Source: an uncultured bacterium (GTDB lineage Bacteria; Krumholzibacteriota; Krumholzibacteriia; Krumholzibacteriales; Krumholzibacteriaceae). Taken from it: a DNA stretch of 31,458 nucleotides. The notes beneath the pieces were generated by a model that was not told the origin of the DNA, ran no database searches, and was given only the letters and a program-made list of their open reading frames with translations. Shown here in pieces: positions 26,071 through 31,458 of the stretch (position 1 is the first letter of the stretch; the number at the start of each line of letters is the position of its first letter). The translations under genes and the position numbers were made by a program. Where the stretch lies: the NCBI GenBank assembly GCA_965369375.1, contig CBDUQN010000031.1, positions 1 through 31,458 on the forward strand. The letters run 5' to 3'.

Positions 26071-27636
26071 ATGGGAAGCAGTGATATACGGCGCCCCGCG
26101 CCAAACGGATACGGGCCGGCCTGGGTGATCCTTGCTGCGGCACTCGTTGTCCGCCTCTTTCACATATACTTCACGGCACGGTACAATCCCCTCTCGGAAA
26201 ACCTGACACTCGATGCCGCTATTTACGAGCGGTGGGCCCGGACGATCGTCTGGGGTGGCGAACCGGAACCGACAAACCTTATGCAATCACCGCTCTACCC
26301 GTGGTTCATAGCAATCGTCTACCGCATCTTCGGCTCGAGTCTCACTGCGCTCAGATGCATCCAGGCGGTGCTCGGAGCATTCTCATGTTCATTCGTGATG
26401 ATTATTACAAAAAAGCTTCTCAGATCAACGGCCGCGGCGCTGATCGCGGGAGCGGCTGCGGTCTTCTACCTTCCGCTCATCTTCTACGAAGGAGTGCTCG
26501 TTCCGGCAACGATCCTCATTTTCTTGAATCTCCTCTTTGTCACACTTGTCGTAGTGGGGGACAAACCGCCCGGCGCGTTCCGGCTCATCATAGCCGGTCT
26601 CGTGCTGGGGATCGCCGCAGTGACCAAACCTGTATCCATGCTGCTCTTCCCCTTTGCAATCCTTCATATTTTTATCAGCACAAGCAATGGTGAAGCGGGA
26701 AAAGGAGCGGACACGGAGCGAGCCGCGCCCGCCATGAAGCGCGCGGTCGTGTTCACTGCGGGAGTAATCATTGCGTGCGCTCCTCTCACCATTCGCAACG
26801 CGCGTCTTACGGGGGAGTTCATACCGTTTACAACAGGAGGCGGCATCAACTTCTTTATCGGCAACAACGAGAACGCAAACGGATTTTACGCCGTCCCCGT
26901 CTACAGGAACGAGCACCTCGGCGCGACTCCCGGGCGCCAGCTGCGGAATATGCATCGAATAGCCTCAGCAGAGACGGGCAGGGAGCTCTCGCCGAAGGAG
27001 GTTTCGGAATTCTGGTTTCAAAAGGGATTCGAATATATTAACGAAAACAAGCGAAACGCGATCACTCTCCAGTGGCTCAAGACAATCTACTTCTGGAACG
27101 AATACGAACGGGCCAACGTCGAAAACTTCACGTTTCACCGGATGTTCCCGGGAATCCTTCGCGCGCCGCTTATCACTTTCGGATTAATCGCTCCGCTCGG
27201 CCTGCTCGGACTGTTCCTCACGCGAAACCGCTGGCGAAACCTCTGGCTTCTCTATGGCGGTGTTCTCGCGTATCTGCTCGCCGCGTTGATATTTTACGTC
27301 CTGTCCCGATACCGGCTCCCGGTCGTCCCGTTTCTCTTGCCGTTCGCCGGGGCATGCATCTGTGAGATCTTCTCCCTCGCGCGGCACCGGCGCTTCGGGG
27401 AACTGACGCTCGTCATTGCGGCGGCGGCGATCCTGTTCTACTTCGTCAATCTTACCGTGGCATTTGATACGCCGGAAGGGAGTTCGATCAACTACACGCG
27501 TCTTGGAAGCGGATACGTCGCGAGAGGTGATACCATGTCGGCGGCGGCGGCGTACCGCGAAGCGGTCAGGCTCCACCCGAAAAACTCAACGGCTCAAGAA
27601 AACCTCGAGTTACTCTTGCGCAAACAGAACAAATAA
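26071..27636 (+). CDS. Polytopic membrane glycosyltransferase, GT39/PMT_2 (ArnT-like) family, with a C-terminal TPR-like tail.
   Basis: About 11 TM helices and an N-terminal D/E loop are typical of GT-C enzymes. The C-terminal soluble part (AAAAYREAVRLHPKNSTAQENLELLL) looks like a TPR repeat. No clear SD, so the start is uncertain. Confidence 0.65.
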   Translation: MGSSDIRRPAPNGYGPAWVILAAALVVRLFHIYFTARYNPLSENLTLDAAIYERWARTIVWGGEPEPTNLMQSPLYPWFIAIVYRIFGSSLTALRCIQAVLGAFSCSFVMIITKKLLRSTAAALIAGAAAVFYLPLIFYEGVLVPATILIFLNLLFVTLVVVGDKPPGAFRLIIAGLVLGIAAVTKPVSMLLFPFAILHIFISTSNGEAGKGADTERAAPAMKRAVVFTAGVIIACAPLTIRNARLTGEFIPFTTGGGINFFIGNNENANGFYAVPVYRNEHLGATPGRQLRNMHRIASAETGRELSPKEVSEFWFQKGFEYINENKRNAITLQWLKTIYFWNEYERANVENFTFHRMFPGILRAPLITFGLIAPLGLLGLFLTRNRWRNLWLLYGGVLAYLLAALIFYVLSRYRLPVVPFLLPFAGACICEIFSLARHRRFGELTLVIAAAAILFYFVNLTVAFDTPEGSSINYTRLGSGYVARGDTMSAAAAYREAVRLHPKNSTAQENLELLLRKQNK

Positions 27637-27715
27637 ATAATACATGCCGCGATTCGGGGTCTGCCCTCTGCAAAATCCTCCCTCGCCGCCCGGGACATCA
27701 TGCCCGATGCACCGG

Positions 27716-29800
27716 CTATTCCGCCTCGGCTTCTTCTTTCTCCTCGCCATCGCGCTTCAGCCACTGATCGAACCAGTCGAGGATCGACGCATACCAGAAT
27801 CGCCGGTTGTGCGGTTTCATGATCCAGTGGTCCTCATCGGGGAACCTGATCATCTTCGATGGAACACCGAGGCGCTGAAGGGCCGTAAACATCTGTTCGC
27901 TTCCGGTAACCGGCACGCGATAGTCGAGGTCGCCGTGTATGATGAGGTGCGGCGTCGAGAAGTTCATCGCGTAACGTATCGGAGAAAACTCATCGTAGAG
28001 CTCGGGATTATCCCACGGAGCGCCGATGAACTCCCATTCGGGAAACCACAGCTCCTCGGTCGAACCGTAAGAGCTCCACTGGTCGGCTTCGCCCGCGTGG
28101 GAGACGAGGACGGAGAACATGCCCTCCTCGTTATGCCCCTGCAGCCAGTTGCAGACGAATCCTCCGAATGAGCCTCCCCAGGCGCCGACCTTATCGGCAT
28201 CGATCCATGAATGGTTATCGGTGATATAACGCACGCCGCGCTCGATATCCTCGATGACCTTCCCTCCCCAGTCAGCACGAATCTCATCGGTTATTCTCTG
28301 TCCGTAGCCGGTGGAGCCTCTGGGATTGCAGAAGAAGACGGCGTAGTCCGCCCCCGAAAAGATCGCGTATTCGGTGCGGTACGCATAGCCGAACATTTGC
28401 TGGGGTCCCCCGTGGATACGGACCATCAGGGGATACTTTCTACCGGGATCGAAATTCATCGGCTTGACGAGAAAACCATGGATCATCGTCTCCTCGGCGC
28501 CTTCGAACCGGATCTCCTCGGCGCCGGGGAAATGGTACGTGTCGTAGACTTCCTGATTGACGAATGTAAGCTGCTCGACCTTCCTCCCCTTGCGGTCACA
28601 CCTGAAGATCTCGTAGTAATGATCTATCGGACGGAAGCGGTAGATGAAGAATCTGTCTTTCGGGCCCGCCTGAACGCTCACATGGTATCCGTGCCCGGCC
28701 GGGCCTTCCCCGCCCACGACCGTTTTCACATCGTCGCCCTCGATCGAGACGCTGAAGAGATTGATATCGGCCCGGTCCTCCGCTTCGAAGTAGAGCGTCT
28801 TCCCGTCGTACGACCAGAAGAAGGTTCCGACACTGCGGTCGAAGTGCCCGGTGAGACTGCGCGGCTCGCCGTCGGGCAGCTCCATTACCATGAGCTGGTA
28901 GCGATCGGACTCGTAATAGGGGCGGCGGGTCGCCCGGTAGGCGAGATACGCGCCGTCCGGCGAGATGCGGGGATGGGTGTCCGCTGCGGGATTATCCGTC
29001 ACCCGCTCGATGTCGCCGCCGTCGAGGGAGACGCGCCAGATCTCTTCATTGTACGAGACGGCCTGATCGGCGTCCTGCTTGCCCGCGAAGTAGAGTGTCT
29101 TTCCGTCCGGCGTGAGATCGAATTCGCGGCCCCAGGACGCAAGCCAGTACGTGAGGGCGTCATGCTCGAGGCCGGGAGTCAGATCCCTCGGATCCCCGCC
29201 TTCAATCGATATGTAAAAGAGATGATCGGCCTTGCCGTCCTCATACGTATCCCAGTGACGGTAGAGGAGGCGCTTGTGAACCATGGCCGAGACCTTCTCC
29301 TTCTCTTTCTCCTCATCCCGCTCCGTTACACAGTCGAGATCGGGACAGTCGGGGTAAACGCGTCCCGTGAAGATCAATCCCGTACCGTCGCGCGTCCACA
29401 TCATGTCCCCCACCCCTCCCGGAAAATCGGTCAGCTCTTTAGCTTCACCTCCCGTTACGGGGAGCAGATATATCTGCAGTGCCCCGTCACGGCTCGAAAG
29501 GAAGGCGATCGTCCGCCCATCGGGGGACCACCGCGGGTGATTGTCACCCTTCTCACTCGTCGTCATGCGGCGTGCCTTGCCGCCGTTCGAGGGGATGATC
29601 CAGATGTCCGAGTTTCCGCTGTTTTCATCAAAATCGGTGACCGAAACAACGTACGCGATCCATTCGCCGTCCTCCGAGAGCTGCGGATCGCTCACGCTCC
29701 TGAGTTTCCAGATATCCTCCGGCGTCCAGGGCTTCTTTTCAGCGACAGCGGAATCAGCGAGAAATCCTGAAAGAATCACCGAACCGATCAGAAAGGCCAT
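27716..29800 (-). CDS. Second secreted S9 family serine peptidase (TolB-like propeller plus alpha/beta hydrolase), a paralog of the one at 385-2505.
   Basis: The signal peptide MAFLIGSVILSGFLADSAVA starts at my chosen ATG at 29800; the ORF track extends to 29980. SPDG(R/A)xIAF/LAY blades recur through the propeller. The nucleophile is GAWGGSFGGF. The acidic tail is DGEEKEEAEAE. Confidence 0.85.
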   Translation of the reverse strand: MAFLIGSVILSGFLADSAVAEKKPWTPEDIWKLRSVSDPQLSEDGEWIAYVVSVTDFDENSGNSDIWIIPSNGGKARRMTTSEKGDNHPRWSPDGRTIAFLSSRDGALQIYLLPVTGGEAKELTDFPGGVGDMMWTRDGTGLIFTGRVYPDCPDLDCVTERDEEKEKEKVSAMVHKRLLYRHWDTYEDGKADHLFYISIEGGDPRDLTPGLEHDALTYWLASWGREFDLTPDGKTLYFAGKQDADQAVSYNEEIWRVSLDGGDIERVTDNPAADTHPRISPDGAYLAYRATRRPYYESDRYQLMVMELPDGEPRSLTGHFDRSVGTFFWSYDGKTLYFEAEDRADINLFSVSIEGDDVKTVVGGEGPAGHGYHVSVQAGPKDRFFIYRFRPIDHYYEIFRCDRKGRKVEQLTFVNQEVYDTYHFPGAEEIRFEGAEETMIHGFLVKPMNFDPGRKYPLMVRIHGGPQQMFGYAYRTEYAIFSGADYAVFFCNPRGSTGYGQRITDEIRADWGGKVIEDIERGVRYITDNHSWIDADKVGAWGGSFGGFVCNWLQGHNEEGMFSVLVSHAGEADQWSSYGSTEELWFPEWEFIGAPWDNPELYDEFSPIRYAMNFSTPHLIIHGDLDYRVPVTGSEQMFTALQRLGVPSKMIRFPDEDHWIMKPHNRRFWYASILDWFDQWLKRDGEEKEEAEAE

Positions 29801-30021
29801 GAGTGTGATTTTACTTCGCAACACGATACTCCTTTCCAGCATCAATTGTTGGTATTCCCGCAAGAAGAGAAACGGCTCCGGCGGGATTCTCCGCCGGATG
29901 CGAAAGAGACAGTGTACCCCATCACGGCGCCATTTTGCCAGCGGCAATTTACAATTCGCCGTTTGAACTCCCGGGCACAAGGTGATATAAACTTCCTAAG
30001 CAGAGAAACAGGAGGATATCG

Positions 30022-30807
30022 ATGGTAAAGGAATCGGAAGAAGCGCGGGACGAGAGAAAGAAGCGATTCATTTCGGCTCTCAGGGACAAGAAATGCAGGG
30101 ACTTGCTCGAGCCCCTGGCACGCAAAATGGAATCTTACATGGAAGGCGAAATTACCCCTGAGGATGTTTTCAAAACGGTAAAGTATGTAGCGAGAGAAAG
30201 CGATGAAGTCGTTAACGCGTTCAAGAAACGCCCCGATGTAATACTCGCAGGCATCGCGATGGAGGAAAACAGGTATGTAACGGAAATAAGCGAGATCAAC
30301 GTCAAGGCGAGGCAGGGCGACATCACGGCGGTTTTCACCGACGGTATCGTCAATCCCGCAGATGAAAAAGGCGCCATGACGGACGGCGTCGCGGGAGCCA
30401 TCAAAGAGGCCGGCGGGGACGAAATCGAGAAGGAAGCCGTTTCGAAGGGACCGATCACGATCGGAGAAGCGATCGCGACCGCCGCCGGCTCACTCCCCAA
30501 TCACTACGTGATACACGCCGCGACGGTGACCGGACCGCCGGGACCGAGCTCGAAAGAGACGATAAGAAAGGCGCTCACCGCAGCTCTGAAAGCGGCCGAA
30601 GAAACCGAGTGTGAATCCCTCGCCATACCGGGAATGGGAACGGGAGCCGGCAAGACGGTCCCTGAAGAGGCCGCCCGGGCGATCGTAGACGCAATCAAAT
30701 CGCACACGGCCGAACATCTTTCAGATATTATACTCATCGATAGAAACGAGGAGATGGTCGAGGCGTTCGTAGAAGCGCTGGAAAAATACGACGCGGAGAA
30801 TGAATAG
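30022..30807 (+). CDS. Macro domain protein (ADP-ribose binding / O-acetyl-ADP-ribose deacetylase-like) with an N-terminal extension of about 90 aa.
   Basis: GGAGG lies 6 nt upstream of the ATG. The macro signature is GDITAVFTDGIVNPADEKGAMTDGVAGAIKEAGG, followed by IHAATVTG. Confidence 0.8.
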   Translation: MVKESEEARDERKKRFISALRDKKCRDLLEPLARKMESYMEGEITPEDVFKTVKYVARESDEVVNAFKKRPDVILAGIAMEENRYVTEISEINVKARQGDITAVFTDGIVNPADEKGAMTDGVAGAIKEAGGDEIEKEAVSKGPITIGEAIATAAGSLPNHYVIHAATVTGPPGPSSKETIRKALTAALKAAEETECESLAIPGMGTGAGKTVPEEAARAIVDAIKSHTAEHLSDIILIDRNEEMVEAFVEALEKYDAENE

Positions 30808-30901
30808 AGGAAGGGCTATTCGATCCGCGCGGACCTCCGAATGAAGCCCCCGGGCACCGCGTGAATCATCTTATAAAACCCCGGGCACATTACCTGCGGT
30901 T

Positions 30902-31405
30902 TTATTTATTAAGCAAGTCTTTCTGCGTTCTCAGCGCAAAGCTCTTTCCGTCTATCGCGCGCTGAACGGCGAGAATTCCAGCGAGATGATCGCACTCGTG
31001 CTGGAGCAGCTCCGAGAGATCACCGTCGAGATCCATCGAGCATTCATTCCATTCGTTATCACGAAACTCGAGCCTGAATTTCTTGTGCCGCCGCACCTTG
31101 ACGAGCAGATCCGGGAAACTCATGCAATCGTCCCAGAGCTCGACCATTTCTTCGCTTGCATTCTTTATGACCGGATTGATAAAGATGGCCGGTTTGTCTG
31201 TGTGCATGTAAAAGAGTTTCTTCTTGACGCCGATTTGGGGAGCCGCGATCGCTCTGCCATAACCATAACGCCCCCTGAAATCCATCATTGTATCGTGCAG
31301 GTCGTCCACAACCATTTTCATCGGCTCGAGCTCATCCTGTTCGACCTCGGACGCAACGTCGTAGAGAGTGGGATTGCCGAGTAGCAGAATCTCACGAATA
31401 GCCAT
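30902..31405 (-). CDS. def: Peptide deformylase.
   Basis: All three PDF motifs are present: GRAIAAPQIG (motif I), DDCMSFPD (motif II, an EGCLS variant with the Cys conserved) and QHECDHLAG (motif III, HExxH). Confidence 0.88.
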   Translation of the reverse strand: MAIREILLLGNPTLYDVASEVEQDELEPMKMVVDDLHDTMMDFRGRYGYGRAIAAPQIGVKKKLFYMHTDKPAIFINPVIKNASEEMVELWDDCMSFPDLLVKVRRHKKFRLEFRDNEWNECSMDLDGDLSELLQHECDHLAGILAVQRAIDGKSFALRTQKDLLNK

Positions 31406-31458
31406 GCTGGATTCCTATTGCTTCGATAAGACCGTTTCCTCGGCGGCGGATTTCTTCG

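Noticed and set aside
28211-29770. A 519-aa ORF on the + strand, entirely antisense to the second S9 peptidase.
   Set aside because: It has no recognisable domain. Its composition is Arg/Gly/Val/Leu-rich, as expected for the reverse complement of a GC-rich gene. The sense-strand gene carries every S9 hallmark. Long antisense ORFs are a routine artefact at this GC content.
30808-30901. A possible bidirectional terminator between the macro-domain gene and def (two CCCGGGCAC copies).
   Set aside because: The two copies are direct repeats, not inverted repeats. I could not find a convincing stem-loop followed by a U-tract.
1-31458. Search for CRISPR arrays, tRNAs/rRNAs, transposases, integrases and phage genes.
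   Set aside because: I found no regularly spaced direct repeats and no IS/transposase or integrase-like ORFs. The AT-rich gaps (4592-5573, 10289-10690, 22875-23320) show no cloverleaf-like or rRNA-like sequence by eye. A tRNAscan/Infernal run would be needed to be certain.

Overview
This 31.5-kb window is a dense, mostly chromosomal-looking stretch from a roughly 57% GC bacterium that is probably in the FCB superphylum. I count about 28 genes and see no rRNA, tRNA, CRISPR array, transposase or integrase. The FCB assignment rests on two proteins ending in a type IX secretion (T9SS) C-terminal sorting domain; Shine-Dalgarno use is strong, so it is not a classical Bacteroidia.

The coding content is dominated by an exported proteolytic and envelope repertoire:
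- two paralogous S9 serine peptidases (a TolB-like propeller plus an alpha/beta hydrolase with a GGSxGG nucleophile), one at each end of the window;
- an M1 zinc aminopeptidase;
- a TAT-exported aldo/keto reductase with two 4Fe-4S-type cysteine motifs;
- two outer-membrane beta-barrels and a PAP2 phosphatase;
- a GT4 and a GT39-like glycosyltransferase;
- a site-2 protease with CBS domains.

The remaining genes include panD, def, a tandem universal stress protein (USP), a membrane-anchored SagB-type dehydrogenase, a cobalamin-binding (B12-binding) radical SAM enzyme next to an RRM RNA-binding protein, and a macro-domain protein.

The best candidate for an undescribed system is a four-gene, translationally coupled + strand operon at 16415-20122, downstream of a near-consensus sigma-54 (-24/-12) promoter at 16305-16320. 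It encodes a YdjI-like SPFH/Band-7 protein carrying three C-terminal zinc ribbons, followed by three paralogous N-terminal zinc-ribbon proteins, two of which end in a transmembrane hairpin. It looks like a PspA-less relative of the Bacillus ydjG-ydjH-ydjI membrane-stress module, here possibly under sigma-54 control.

The second notable item is a 723-aa T9SS cargo protein with an unexplained architecture: an N-terminal Cys-containing domain, an internal hydrophobic segment, and three roughly 135-aa tandem repeats that combine Asp-rich Ca-binding-like loops with a conserved CxxCG...MGW...LHYxxHG module.

Coordinates come from the supplied ORF track and are refined by eye for start codons and ribosome-binding sites. 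My own hand counts were off by 1 nt in places, so treat all coordinates as good to about +/-1-3 nt.
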